This document shows, one piece after another, positions 1-13,305 of a stretch of 64,000 nt of DNA (its first letter is position 1; the number at the start of each line of letters is the position of its first letter). Made by a program: the position numbers and the translations under genes. The stretch covers positions 744,001 through 808,000 of the forward strand of contig CATNEN010000010.1 in NCBI GenBank assembly GCA_950097015.1. Direction: 5' to 3'. Under the pieces are notes generated by a model that worked only from the letters and a program-made list of their open reading frames with translations, ran no database searches and was not told the origin of the DNA. This stretch comes from Macrostomum hystrix (Eukaryota; Animalia; Platyhelminthes).

Positions 1-473
1 TGAAATCACAAATCAACACTTGCAGAGCGCAGGTGATGTGCCTTAGCAAGATTGCAAAAAAGACCAATCTGAAGAGCGACACTCTGAAAATGCTATACCG
101 GGCTTACGTGGAGAGCACCATGACATATGGAGCACCCATTCTAACAATCCTAAGCCCGGGAAACAAGAGTGACCTTCAGAAAATTCAAAACATTGCCCTC
201 AGAATCTTCTATGGGATCCCATCCTACATCTCCACCAGCTACTTGCATGAGCATGCCCAGATGCCCCTGGTAGCGAACAGGATTGATGATATGGGGACCC
301 GCTGGCTCCTTAAAGCCTGCAAGGCTAAAATCCACAAACTAGAGAGGCGCCCTGATCCGATTAGGATAAAACCGGGGTCCAGAATGCCTGTCCTACATCA
401 CCTCTGGGAAATCCTGGAGAGGAGAATAGCTGCTGCTACACCAGCACCCAGGGGTCCAGGCAGGACAAACTAA
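1..473 (+). mobile_element. Non-LTR retrotransposon (LINE) ORF2, C-terminal RT thumb region; ORF runs off the left edge
   Basis: Frame is open from position 3. LKMLYRAYVESTMTYG...LQKIQNIALRIFYGIP...LH matches the LINE RT C-terminal pattern (LY.a.v.s...Yg / Lq.iQn.alR.i.g). Stop at 471-473. Confidence 0.85.
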
Positions 474-1427
474 AAGAGGCAGCTGTTGCTGCAACAGCAA
501 CCAAAAAACAATCACCACACAGCACCCAACATATGCAGCAGTTCATCTCATGTTGTGCTTGCTCTTTAGTTTGGCAAAAAAGTGGAACAAATAACAAGTC
601 CCGGGACTAGACACTAAGCCATCCAGGTATTCCTTTGGGTCAGATTTTAAGATGTCATCATCGCACCGAGACGAGGGACGTTCCCTGAAGTTGCTTATAC
701 AAGCTACCACAGGTACCAGTGAACCACAAACACTGGGCCAGTTTATCGGCTTAACTTCTCTCCGATATTTATATTCACAATATCCTCACATATTCTAGCG
801 GAATGCCTACTTTTCGTAAAGCCGACTACTGCTAGTAGAGTAATTTGCGCATCGAACTAAAAGACGCAAATTATCATTATTCTACCGAAATATAAAACTT
901 TAAAAATAAGCGCGAGGGAGGGTGGTGACGGTTCGCTCTTGCTGTCTTGCATCTCTTATGCCCCCCTCTGAATTTATACCCCAGCTATTGTCATATAAAA
1001 TATTGTCAAGCGCAGTTATTACACATACTGTAAAAAATATATATTTCTCTTTTAACCCCACTATGCATTTACCAAAATAACTGAATGCTAAATTCAAAAT
1101 ACCAATGTTCTGACCATTTTTTAACACCATGGCTCAGTGCCCAAATTTTCATTGAAATTTTGCGATAGGTAAATCAGGTAACTAGGCACTCGATCTATTT
1201 CTTTAATTTTTATTGAACCAAAACTTCGGACCTTCTAAAAATGTTAAAATTCTAAATTTCTATTTTATACTTTTATATTTATATTTTAATAGAAATTTTT
1301 TAATACAAGAAAATATATACAGCAGTAGAGCCCCCACAAGGGCTGAGCTGCAGTCCAGATTGGACAAGGCCGTTTAACAACAACCTTCAAATCATTTTCC
1401 ATAAAAGCCGAGTGGTGCTTCCGATTA

Positions 1428-3077
1428 CGGGTGTCTCAAAAATGGGGCCAAATGTCAAACTGTGGCGCTCCCTCTCAACCGAAAAGTTTAAAACTTAACA
1501 GATTTATTGTAAACACATTTTTTAGTTTTTTTTCAGTAAAGTTGCAACTCCAATGCAAACAGCCACCTCTAGGCATGTTGTATACTCGCAGCTTTCTTTC
1601 GCATTTCGCGGAAATAGAAATGCGGCAACAATTTCATTGCATGCCGGAAAATGATGATTGCTGCCGGCTTTTGTCAATCGTTTATTTTTAATTACTTGAA
1701 ACAAACTAATCAAGGTTTTAACTAGATATTAGCATCTCGCACAGCTCATATTCCCTTCATTGATCACTGCTTTGGGAAGAAATTGAACGTGCAATTCTGG
1801 ATGTGGCCAGAGACGTATAATGGCGCTGAAACAGACGTCTCATGCAGGTCACCTGCACTTGAGACGTTGCCGCCGCTCTCCGTGACCACGCTGTCTGGCT
1901 CGACGTTGTCCATCGTCTGCCCGAACGTTGACAGGGCCAGGATCATTTTCTCCACAACTGAGCAATCGCGTCTTTTGTTCACGTCCATGGATTCAGTTCG
2001 CTTATGGCCCGTGACCATGGAGATGGAAAACCCGCTGTTATGGCGAGGCTGGTAACCTAGGGAAGTGTTGCATGCAAATACTAATTATAGTGAATGTAAA
2101 AACAATGAATGCATGAGACAAATATGTGAAATAAGAAACGCCAAGGCTATCTTTTCCCAAAACTTGCTTGGCTGAAAATTCAGACTTGTTTATCTTCGGG
2201 AAAAGCACCGGACAGCCATCAGGTAGTTGAGCGATGTACCTTATGTAGCCTTCAACTGGAAAGGCGTCTTCGTTTCGCAGACAGTACATTCGGACAAGCT
2301 TCGCATCCTCAAACGCCTTTTCGTTTAGAGAGGCCTTGACATTCTTCGATAGCAACTGCTGGTGTCAATTCTCTCAGATTTTTGCGTCCGCGTAGTCCAA
2401 ATTGTTTTAACGGTCAAAGTATTTGCGAATCTTCTGCCTATCCAACTCCGAGATCACCTCAAACTTGATCTTTTTTTCTGGCTGCGACTGCAGGAAAGAT
2501 TTTACCATCGCCATCAGCACGCCGTTAGCTCGAAGAAACCGCCCACGGCGGTTTCCAGTACAAGGCACAACTGGATGCTGCCATCCTGGAGGAGTTCAAT
2601 CGGACGCGGTAGAATTGAATGGACGCTGTTCCAAATGCAGCTGAGTCATTTTCGGCCCGTTTGCAAGAGTGCATTGTAAACAATTGGAAGGCAGTTGCGG
2701 CCCAGATGAAGTTATGAATGCGCCTGCTCTTTCTCTCAGGTCTTAGTTGCATTACACTATTGTGCCTTGTTTATGCGTTAGTTTGTTCATTTGTTGCATC
2801 TATTTGTTAGTTAGTTAGGTCTGTTGAACTCACACTTTCTCCACATCAGCAACTTCTGCTACTGTCTGTGGCAATGCATAGATAGCAGTAGACAAAATAA
2901 AACAGTACATCATATTTTAATGGCCATCCAAATGCATAGCAGCATCAGTTGGAGTTGAAACTCTACTTAAAAGACTCAAAAGTGTTTACAATAAATCTCT
3001 TAAGTTTTAAACTTGTCGGTTGAGAGGGAGCGGCACTGCAGTTGACAGTTAATTCGGCCCCATTTTTGAGACACACG
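1428..3077. mobile_element. ~1.65-kb element with ~125-bp imperfect terminal inverted repeats, flanked by TTA direct repeats, enclosing a Crypton-type recombinase relic
   Basis: Left end CGGGTGTCTCAAAAATGGGGCC...CGCTCCCTCTCAACCGAAAAGTTTAAAACTTAACAGATTTATTGTAAACAC (1428-~1553) is the reverse complement of ~2948-3077 (GTGTTTACAATAAATCTCTTAAGTTTTAAACTTGTCGGTTGAGAGGGAGCG...GGCCCCATTTTTGAGACACACG). TTA at 1425-1427 and 3078-3080. Confidence 0.8.
1764..2752 (-). pseudogene. Degenerate Crypton / DUF3504-type tyrosine recombinase
   Basis: Frameshifted minus-strand pieces, in the expected order: FLRANGVLMAMVK...ISELDRQKIRKYFD*; GLRGRKNLRELT (catalytic-Arg box); KN...MYCLRNEDAFPVEGYIRYIAQLP...LFPK...LGKDSLG; VTGHKRTESMDVNKR; C-terminal GHIQNCTFNF. 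The HxxR motif is missing, and the expected Tyr position reads Asn. Confidence 0.75.
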
Positions 3078-3769
3078 TTATTATATGTAACAATAGTCGT
3101 CCTTGATCGAGGGTTCATGTGCAATATCATTCCGGTACATTTTTAATTATTTATATTTGCGTCCGTCCTCGCAGTTCGTCTTTACTTCCTCTTTACTCTT
3201 TACTTCTTTAGTTCCATAGGAAAGGTTAAACTTTTCATATGGTGACTACACTTGAAGCAATGGCTTCTACATCTAGAGCGAATCGTAACCCAAGTTTTAA
3301 AAAGGCTCAAAATATCAAACATATTTGTTCATTACTCCTTGGCTTTGTAGATTTAAATACAGTTTTGTTTATACTAGCATTCATAAAAGATTTCATATTT
3401 TGAAAGTTACGAAGAAAGCTTTTTTTAATAAAGACGATTGAGAAGAGCCGCTTTTTTCGATGCGATTTATTATGTATATTATTGTAGTGTCTATTTCAAT
3501 GCAATTGAGGTAACACGTTTTAGCCTAATTATTTGCTTAGTTTGAACTATTTGTCACTTAATTTTTCCGTTTAATACTAAAAAGGTTTGTTTTCCTGTGT
3601 AAACAATGTAGCTAGGGCCTAGGGTCAGGAAGCCTGGTTGGTTCAAGTTCAAGTTCAGGTTCAAGTTTAACTAGCTTAGTATTTAAAAGTGTATTATATT
3701 TTACGTCTTCTTCTTTTACTATAAAAACTCAATTTATTAATTGTAAATAATTATAAGCTTATTCTCTTC

Positions 3770-4200
3770 AGGCAGTTGTTATTTGTCCGGTTAACCAGAC
3801 AAATAGCCGTTTGATTATTCGTTATTGATTATTATAACTAAGTTATAAGGTGTTGTAGCGCTACCACAAGAACCTCTATCATTTGTAAGATAGAATAATT
3901 TACACGCTGCAAAAGGACAGTCATTCAGATTTGAAGTTTGTCTCAAATTATTTTTGCTTATCAGCTAATTAAAAAAATTAAAACCTTTTCCAGAAATTCA
4001 GTTGTTTCAGGGACTAACTTAGTTCAAGGGTATAGTTTGGTCTTTGTGAGGTCAAGACTCAAGATGGCTCTCAGCAGGGCAAGAGTGGTTTTTGGGAGGA
4101 TCGTTGCTCCTGCTTGTTGAAAGGGGAGAAATTAAGTCCTTGGGTGGTTAAGCGGTTAACTGGACAAATAATCAAATGGCTATTTGTCCGACAACTACCT
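3770..4200. mobile_element. Putative MITE with short imperfect inverted ends
   Basis: AGGCAGTTGT (3770) pairs with ACAACTACCT (4191-4200). Subterminal blocks CAGACAAATAGCCGTTTGATTATT and TTATTTGTCCGGTTAACC are inverted at ~4154-4191. TSD is ambiguous (TCTCTTC vs TCTCTTT). Confidence 0.4.
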
Positions 4201-4772
4201 TCTCTTTATTACAATTCTATTATGACTATCACTTGTGGGTTATGGTCTCTTTGTATGCCACCATTTCGTGGGCCAACCTAGACAATCTGAGCTCATGATT
4301 TCATGAGCAGTCAAGTTGGACATCCTGGCCTTGACTGAAATTAGAAAAAATGCTATCATCCCAGTGTCCATGCTAGTGAGTGGAAGGAAGATCAGCAGAT
4401 TTTCTAATATGACTAATTTGAACCAATTTATACTAATATAGGCCTACTACATAGGCTACTTCTCAATCTACATGCAGTGATGCCTTGCCATGCATCAGAG
4501 AGACCACTTGCAAAATTTTTAGGCAAGCCATAGCAGATGACTTTGTTTTAATTGTCTTTAGAGTAGAAAAGTTTGTAAAAGTTTCTTATAAAGACATGTT
4601 AATAGCAGACAAGATTGTAGCAGATGAAAATACCAGAAACCATCACTAGTTTTTTTCAGTTTGTGACTTATTTATTCATTTTAAGGCCTTGAGAAGTAGC
4701 AAGTGTGTGATCTATAATATCTAGTGATTGATAGTAGTATTATATTTAGATTAGGTCATATCAAACTTTTAT

Positions 4773-5437
4773 GGCAGAGCTTATTCCCATGGTCCCGTGC
4801 CGATAGTTTCAATTTTATTCATACGGATCCGTGCCAATAATTTTCTGCTTATCCACATGGCAGCTTGTATGAATAGGTCTAAAACTCTATTTAAATAGGC
4901 CGTGCCATTAATTTCAATTTTATCCACGCAGTTCTGTTCTTTGAAACAAGGCCCTTTTGGGTTTGAACATTTTTCTGAACCCTTGAGCCAATAGATCAAC
5001 AAAGTTGCCAGTGTGTTACAACAGTGTTCTACATTTTGACCTACACATTCATTAACCAACATTAATGTCATCATTTTTAATTTTTGTAATAACAACTTAC
5101 TAAATCTTTTGTCACCATTATGTGTTTTCATTTGAATTGTATTGACTTAGAAAGTAAGAAGTCAATCAAAGAAAATCATACGAGTCAACCAGCAGAATTC
5201 TAGTCAGCACTAAACTTGTCACACATATTATACATCATTGTTATTATTTTACACTATGCATTGATAGTGACACTATACTCTGAAGCAAAAGCCTTATGCT
5301 CAGAGAAGAATAGGTAGGGACTTAAAAGTTGACCTATTCATACAAGCTGCTGTGTGGATAAGCAGAAAATTATCGGCATGGATCTGTGTGGATAAAATTG
5401 AAATTATCGGCATGGGATGGTGGGAATAAGCACTTCC
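4773..5437. mobile_element. Non-autonomous Mutator-like (MULE) element, copy 1
   Basis: ~110-bp TIRs (GGCAGAGCTTATTCCCAT... / ...GGGAATAAGCACTTCC). 9-bp TSD AACTTTTAT at 4764-4772 and 5438-5446. A second copy lies at 35026-35702. Confidence 0.85.
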
Positions 5438-7180
5438 AACTTTTATTACTTGCATATTGCTACATTATCAAATATGTCTAAACCTTTATAATTAGCTTCT
5501 TAGTAGGATAATGTATCATCAACCAAACAAGAATGTGTATTTTTTTACTTTAAACCTAAGCTACAGATTTTCTATTTAAGATATGATTATAAATCAAAAG
5601 CCAAGTTATAGAAAACAGTTACATCTTTCTAAAAAGTATCTGATTTTGCTATTTTGTCAAATAGAAAAAAGTTATTCCTGCTTTTCATCTAAAACCAAAC
5701 AATGATTTTCATGTATCTTCAAACCAAATGGAGAATTTGATGTTCAGTTTTACAATTTGAGTGAGTGGTTTAATCTTATTTTAACGAGTGAACTATCATG
5801 AATTATGTCATTTGAAAGCATTTTTCATGCTGGTAAATAAATAACTACATTTATGGTCATTTAATTGGCAAGCAACTACATACAATCTTCATCTAAAGTA
5901 CATATAAAAAAGGTTGTCAAAAAGTATGCTTTTGCAATAAAAATTTCTACTGAAAGATCAATATCTTTCCTCTTAATGCTTCATTGCACTGCACATCATG
6001 CCTCAGCTTGTAGATAATTTCTTTGACTTTCAAATTAGTTGTTCTGTGAAACACAATAGCTTGTTTCTGTCTTGCACAAGACCAAGGAAGGAGTCAAAAT
6101 TCTTGTTCGGTTTTGAAGATACACTGTTCGGTTGATGATACATTACCCTACCATTGCATTGCTAATTGCTTAAGACAATTGGCCTTGGGCTTGACTGATA
6201 AGTAATATGATAGTCCTATTTAGTGACTATCATTTAACCTCAACTAAGATTTGTGGTCCCATTATGGTCTATTGTAGTCCATTATGGTGTTTACATACAT
6301 AGCACACAAAAAAATTAAAGTGATAAAAGTAAAGTTGCTTATAAATTCCAAAAAAGAGTACTTTATTTTCAAATTTGAAAATACTAAGTCCATTAAAAAA
6401 TATTCCTTTATCCTTTAAGCCTAAGATTTATATACTTGATTAAAGCTTTTTCAAGGCCAAAATCTGAAATTGAGTGTATAATATATACCATCAATTCAAG
6501 CAAAGTTAGTGGCAAAGGAAAAAATAAAGGGTCAGTGGAGTTTATTCTTGAGCTCCTATCATAAGTATGATGATCATTTGACTATATAGGATAACTACTA
6601 ATAGTATAGTTTCTGTTCAATGAGCAGCCTTGAACCCATTTATTAATTGAATTGAGACATAATATAATTTTAGAAAATAATCATTTACATTCTAAGCCAG
6701 ATATGTTGTATTCCAATATTGAAATAATAGATTTTACCACTGTTTATAATTGACACAAAACAGGGCCATTAGCTATTCTAAAGAACTATTGATCTTTGTT
6801 AAAAAGAATATTCCATTTTTTATTAGTGTATATACTTTATAAAGATTTAATCAGCTAGAAGTAAATCAGTTAAAAAAATAAATAATAGCATCAATGAGAA
6901 AACTTTTGGACCTTCTACCTAATTATGGAACAAGCCATAACTATGGTAAGTATGGTAATTATGGTATGTAAATTAAGTCAAAGTAATTTCTTATATGCTT
7001 TTTTCTATCTCAATTTTTCAAGCTAAAAGGATTGCCATAGAAGTATTTATAGTTATACAAAGTACAATTTTTATTTGCCTCTCATTAACAATTATAATAA
7101 TGTAAAAAACATTCAACATAATTTTTATGACTAGTTCTTGTATTGCCTTACAGCAGGTAAATGTTAGTTTGATTTGAAAT

Positions 7181-7431
7181 AAAACTATTTGTGTCCTTAA
7201 TTGTTATATGTATCTTTATTAGACAGTAGTCAGTGCCCGCAAAAAACTATTTGTGTCCTTAATTGTTATATGTATCTTTATTAGACAGTAGTCAGTGCCC
7301 GCAAAAAACTATTTGTGTCCTTAATTGTTATATGTATCTTTATTAGACAGTAGTCAGTGCCCGCAAAAAACTATTTGTGTCCTTAATGGTTATATGTATC
7401 TTTATTAGACAGTAGTCAGTGCCCGCAAAAA
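7181..7431. repeat. 62-bp tandem repeat, ~4 copies, just upstream of the FBXO38 start
   Basis: AAAACTATTTGTGTCCTTAATTGTTATATGTATCTTTATTAGACAGTAGTCAGTGCCCGCAA at 7181, 7243, 7305 and 7367. Confidence 0.95.
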
Positions 7432-7491
7432 ATATATAGTTTTATTGTTCCGCAGCCTTAGTAGCAGCTCCAGTCAGCAGCTCTTCGCAGT

Positions 7492-10400
7492 ATGTCCGCA
7501 CCTTCCTCTTCCGGCGCCTCGGCTGGCGCGTCTTCCTCCTCTGCGAACGCTGGCACCGGCACCGCAGCTACCGGCGCCTCCACCAGACGGAAGCGCGGCC
7601 GTCGATCTAGCAGTCACAGCCAGCAGCAACAGCAGCAGCAGCCACAACCGCAGCGGGCCAGCAAGCGCCCGCGCCTCCAAGACGAGGAGCTGAGTCGCGG
7701 TAGCGGCTATTGCTCCGAGGATGTCGCCTTAGCCGACGCCGAGGACGCCGTCAACAGCAGCGGTGGAAGCCTCGATGAACTCGCCGCCAAAGCCGACTTG
7801 TTCCTAGGAGGCAGCGGTGTCAGCGCCGGCAACGGCTGCAGCAACAGCGGCGGCGGATTCGGCAGCGCAGGCTGCGGCACCGTCGGTGTGGCCGGCTCCT
7901 GCGGAGTGACGACGCGAGCTCGAATCCGCGAATCAGCCGCCCTTGCCATGGCTGAAGCGCTCCGCTTGCGGCCGAAATCGTTCGACCATCTCCCGCCGGA
8001 GGTGTACTGCCGCATCCTGCAGTACCTGTCTGTGGTGGAGCTGCTGCGGGTCACGGCAGTCAACAGGCAGTTCCGCGCCGCCGTCACCAAGCACCTGCGC
8101 CTGACCAAGCGAATCAACTTCTGCAGCGGCCTGCCCTTCACCTTCCTGTCCGAGAGGCTGGACGACGCTACACTCAGCTCTGTACTGGTCCTGTGCCCTG
8201 AGGTCACGCACATTCTGGGATTTTATCCCCGCCGAATACTGCACCGAACTCAGGTGGGCGGCCGCCGCGCCCTCACCTACTCAGGCATCCTGCAAGCCCT
8301 GAAGCAGTGCAAGAAGCTCAAATCTATCGAGATCATGGACGTCGATCTAATGTCGCGCATCTTCGCCACCTTTCCCCGGGTGAAGTTTCACGGCATGTTC
8401 CGCAACCGGCCGGACGTCTGGGACTGCGAGCGGGCCTACGAGGGCCCCTGCCCGCTGCCCAGCAGTGCCAGCAAGCTGCTGCTTAATCCGCAGATTAACA
8501 GCCTCACCAAGGTGGGTAATCGAGTTAAGAGTTTTCTAGAAATACGGAACGGAAAGGAGATAAAAAGTAAGAAGGTGGGATATGAGGAAGAGACAGATGG
8601 GGTATTAGGAAGAGACATTGGTACGAGGAAGAGACAATCGTGTTTGAGGAAGAGACATTGGTACGAGTTAGAGATGGGGATATGAGGTAGCGACAGGGGG
8701 ATATGAGGAGGAGACAATGAGATATTAGGACGAGACAATAGGATATGAGGAGGAGACAATGGCATATTAGGAAGAGACAATGGGATATGAGGAAGAGACA
8801 ATGGGATATGAGGAGGAGACAATGGGATATGAGGAAAAGACAATGAGATATTAAGAAGAGACAATAGGATATGAAGAGGAGACAATGGGATATTAGGAAG
8901 AGACAATGGGATATGAGTAGGGGACAATGGGATATTAGGAAGATACAATGGGATATGAGGAGGAGACAATGGGATATGAGGAAGAGACAATGGGATATGA
9001 GGAAGAGACAGGGGGTACGAGGAAGAGACGAGGATATGAGGAAGAGACAGGGGGATATGAGGAAGAGTTGTGGGATATGAGTAATCAGACATTCAGATAT
9101 ATGCTCGTAGTCCACTGAAAGATCTGATTGCTTACTTAATCCCCGCAGGTGGATCTGCAATGCGTGTGCCTGAACGCCCTGCCCAAGATGGACTGTGTCC
9201 GCTATCTCTACCTGAAGTGGGTCCGCTTTTCCGGCAACGATCCGTTCGGACATTTCAGCGCTCCCAAGCTGCAGACATTCGTGATGAACAACTGCGCCGG
9301 GCCCAGCAACGCGTTCCGCTACCTGCGGGTGTTCACCGCCGTGGCCAGGGCGCCGCAGCTGGCCAGGCTTGAGCTGGTCGGCTTGCGCTTCATTGGCGGC
9401 CTAGTTGAGCACATTGTGGACGAGATGAACGGCGAGTCGCGCTCGTTTCGCGCCCTGCAGAAGCTGGTGCTGGCGGGCAACAAGTCCATCACGGAGATTG
9501 ACGCCGGCTACTTCCTGCTGGCCTCGTCCGCCTGCCTGGGCTGCGTCTGTCTGCAGAGCAGTCTGTGCAAAGACTCGTTGTTTGTGGCCCTGTGCCACGC
9601 TCAGCCGGTGTTTCTCAAGCTGGACACGCTTGTGCTGGGCTATCGGGATCCCTGCCCGGATGTGGACAGGTGGGGCTCCTGTCTTAAGCTGTCTTATTTA
9701 AAAATGCTGAATCGTAGATTGAGAGGCTTGCGGGTCTTGCCTGAAGGCCTGAGTGTGAGTCCTGAGTCCTAAGCACACACGCACACGGATAATGTACGCA
9801 GGTACACGCTCACACAGGTGTGTACATCTGCCCTGACTTTCTCATCGTCAGGCAGCGTACACTCTCACTGTGCATTGGAGGTTGGCCCTCAGGGGTGTAA
9901 ATTGCACGGCATGCCCCCCCAAGCCTCCTCTCCGCGGCTGCGCTTCAAATGAATGTGGCCTCCCTCACCGCGGAATCGAGCTCAGGGCCTAGGTGCGAGA
10001 GGCAAACGCGTTAGATTGCTCTGCCACTCACTCCCATCATGTCCTGATGGATGTATTAGAGTGAAGGCTTGAAGCATTGCATTAGCTTGCATTTCAAAAT
10101 TAAAAAAGAACAATTTCACCAGTTGGCGGATCTGCGTTTATTTTCTGTTTAGCAATCTAAAATTGTTGATCAAAAGTTCTCTTCTTCATTCTCGAACCAA
10201 AAAACAGATCTCCATTCACCGTGGAGCCGTCCGATTATCCCTGCCTCATGACGGACTACGGCATGGCCTACGTTGGCCGCTGCTTTCGCCGCCTGGCCAG
10301 CCTGACAGTGTCCCGGGCGCCCTTCCTGACGGACCCGATGCGTTGGCTCGACCATCCACCAGCGCCTCTGTTTGACACTCTACGGTGCCTGACCCTGGAA

Positions 10401-12402
10401 AAATGCCCCTGCATCAATCCCAGCCGCCTGGGGACGCTGATTGCCCAGCTGCCCAGCCTAGAAATGCTCATCCTGCGCGACATGTTCGACCCGGCGCCCC
10501 GCGGCTGCGGCTTCCTCGGTCTCGCCGCTGGCCAGCAGTGGGGCATCTTCCCGCAGAGCGCCCCGACGCACGACTCGGTCCAGGGCTTCTTTGTCGCCAA
10601 CCCGCCGGCCGGCCGCCTTCTGGCCGCCTTCCCCTACTTCCGCAATCGCCTTTTCGGACATCCGCCCGACGATGTTGCCGCTGCAGCAGCAGCAGCAGCA
10701 GCTGCCGCAATGCAACTGCAGCACCAGCACCTGCACCATCACCTGCAACACCAGCACCAGCCTCCGTCTTCCCCGCCGCCGCTACCGACTCTGCCATCGC
10801 ATGAGTCACGCCAGCAGCAGCACCAGCAGCCAAATTCACTGACGCCTGTGGCCTCCTTCTTTAGTCGCGGTGTGCAGACCTCCGTGCTGCCACCAGAAGC
10901 TGCCTCCGAGGTGCACCCGTCCATGCCAGACTCTGTGGGTGAGCCGCCGCTCTTCTCGCAGCCGCCGCCGCCGCCGCCCCTGCCAGCCCGGACCGCCTCC
11001 CACAGCGGCCGCCGTATCAGCGACGATCAGCCGGAGCCGACCTTCACGCCAGATCTCCGCGACTTCTGGATGGCCCGCGACGTTTGTCTGGATACGCACG
11101 ACTTGCGCCTGCTGGAGCCGGAGGTGCCCGTCCTCATGACTCTGCGGTCGGCCACCCTGCACGCTGTCCACATCGAGCGCTGCGGCTTCACCTCGCTGAT
11201 CTGCACTTCGCCTCGCCTGCGCACCCTCACAGCTGAGGCCTGTCCGCGCCTGCGTGAATTTCAGCTGCAAGCGTCGCGCTGCCTCCGCCGGGTGCGCGTG
11301 GTCGCCTGCGCTGCCTTCGATTATCGCCGATTTTATCGCCAGTTGGCGGATCTCATGGCGTCCAGGCGCATCGATTCGCGCGACTCAACAAGCGCCGTGG
11401 TCGGCTCCACAGACGAAAGCCTGAGTGTCTGTTTCAGGCCGATGGGTGACTACGACCCTCTGGCTGAGCGGCTGCTGCTGCAACTACCCGGGGCGCATCT
11501 GCTGCTGACGCACGACTTTAAAGTAGGCTTAATGGCATTGTGCCTCGTTATCTGCCTCTGATAACCTGTGATTGTCACCTTCACTGAGTGCCCCAATTAA
11601 TCTGCCACTATCACCTTCACTGAGTGCCCCAATTAATTTGTTACTATCGCCTTCACTGAGTGCCCCAATTAATCTGTTACTATCACCTTCACTGAGTGCC
11701 CCAATTAATCTGTCACTATCACCTTCACTGAGTGCCCCAATTAATCTGTTACTATCACCTTCACTGAGTGCCACAATTAATCTGTCACTATCACCTTCAC
11801 TGAGTGCCCCAATTAATCTGTTACTATCACCTTCACTGAGTGCCACAATTAATCTGTCACTATCACCTTCACTGAGTGCCCCAATTAATCTGTCACTATC
11901 ACCTTCACAGAGTGCCCCAATTATCACCATCCTCGTGGCACTAATAGCTTTTCTGATTCAATCATTTTCCCAGGGCCCGGACGCGGTCGACCGCGACCTT
12001 GACCGGCTTCAGTCGCACTTCCAGCAGATCTTCCGCGACATCATGCACTTCGCCGACAATCTAATCCGCCGCGACTACGTTAAGGAGACTCAGCAGAGCC
12101 AGTCGCCTAGCAACCGGTTCGGACACGGCCAGCTCATGCGCTTCGAGTCCGGCCACTCGGCCGAGGGTCACCCGTACGACCTGCTGACGGACATTCCATG
12201 GATTGGTGAGTGCGGAGTCAATCCGTTTCCCAGCCTGACTGACGACGCCGACCAACTCTACCAGAGCCTGGTGGAGACGCACGCCCTGGCCTGCTACAAG
12301 ATGGCGAGCCGCGGCCTATTCCTGCATGTACAATGCCGCGACCTGCACACTCGGCGGCCATCGGCTGCCGCTGACACGGCTGGGCGGAGAACTTCTGAGT
12401 GA
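7492..12402 (+). CDS. FBXO38: F-box only protein 38 homologue, 4 exons, ~1094 aa
   Basis: Exons 7492-8511, 9149-9669, 10208-11522, 11974-12402; GT-AG, phases 0/2/0, total 3285 nt. F-box LPPEVYCRILQYL. Family blocks: YLYLKWVRF, LQTFVMNNCAGPSN, GGLVEHIVD, LMTDYGM, QLPSLEMLILRDMFDPAPRGC, PYDLLTDIPW. Confidence 0.92.
8578..9078. repeat. 21-bp minisatellite in FBXO38 intron 1
   Basis: Unit GGGATATGAGGAAGAGACAAT, diverged copies. Confidence 0.9.
11574..11925. repeat. 36-bp minisatellite in FBXO38 intron 3, ~10 copies
   Basis: Unit ATCACCTTCACTGAGTGCCCCAATTAATCTGTTACT. Confidence 0.95.
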
Positions 12403-13305
12403 GACACTGCTAATGAACCTGTCCTATGAAAACTATAATATGATGTTTATTTCAGCATTGAGTCGGCTCATTGTTTCACACAAATCCGCTTTTTTGCTTC
12501 CTATTTCGTGAGTAGCAGTGCTGTGCCAGCTAGTGTGCAAGGCCTGACCTCCTCCTTGCATGCTCCACCCCCGCCCCTACAATGAACTGTGCTTATCGCC
12601 CGCAGAAAAATCTCTCTGATATAATCTAATTCGTAGGCAGTGCGTTGTAAAATTGCTTTTTTCAAGATAACTTTGTTTGCCAGAAATTCGGCTCATATAT
12701 TTATATCCCAAAACTGAGTGGCCGAGTCCTGTTACTATGGAGCCTCTCGAAACAGTTATTTTAAACTCTGCGCTACGCATATACACACATTACGTATGAG
12801 TTGTTGTATTATTATAATTCTTAATGTCGCGTTCAAATCAAATACTTTTTGTCTGTTTTACTGTAGCCTTCGGTGAGTGCACGCAAGGCTTTGCTCTCCT
12901 TTTTGTTATTCTCTGTTTCCTGTTTGTGCGGCTGCCCGTTTTGTTGCTGCCTTTCTGCGCTGCACTGACTGCCCCCCCTCTCACTCATATCTGCTACACA
13001 CGATTATGAGCTGAAGTAAGCAAATAAATATTTGAATAACTTAATTATAATTATTATGTTAAATTGCTGCCTCATTGTAATCGGGCTCCAGTTTGAACCA
13101 ATCGCTGTTTCGTTTGATTGCCCCTTGTTATTGATTTTCTGCGTGGTCTTAGGGATTTAATTTTGGGATTGACGGTCACCTCAGTTGATCTGACAGCTGG
13201 CCGATTGGTTGATAAATTTTGTAATTAACCTGTCAATCAATCTGCGTGGATTAAAATTATCCGTTTGTTTTTCTATAACTCTGGTTTGAATTGCAAGCCA
13301 ACTTC

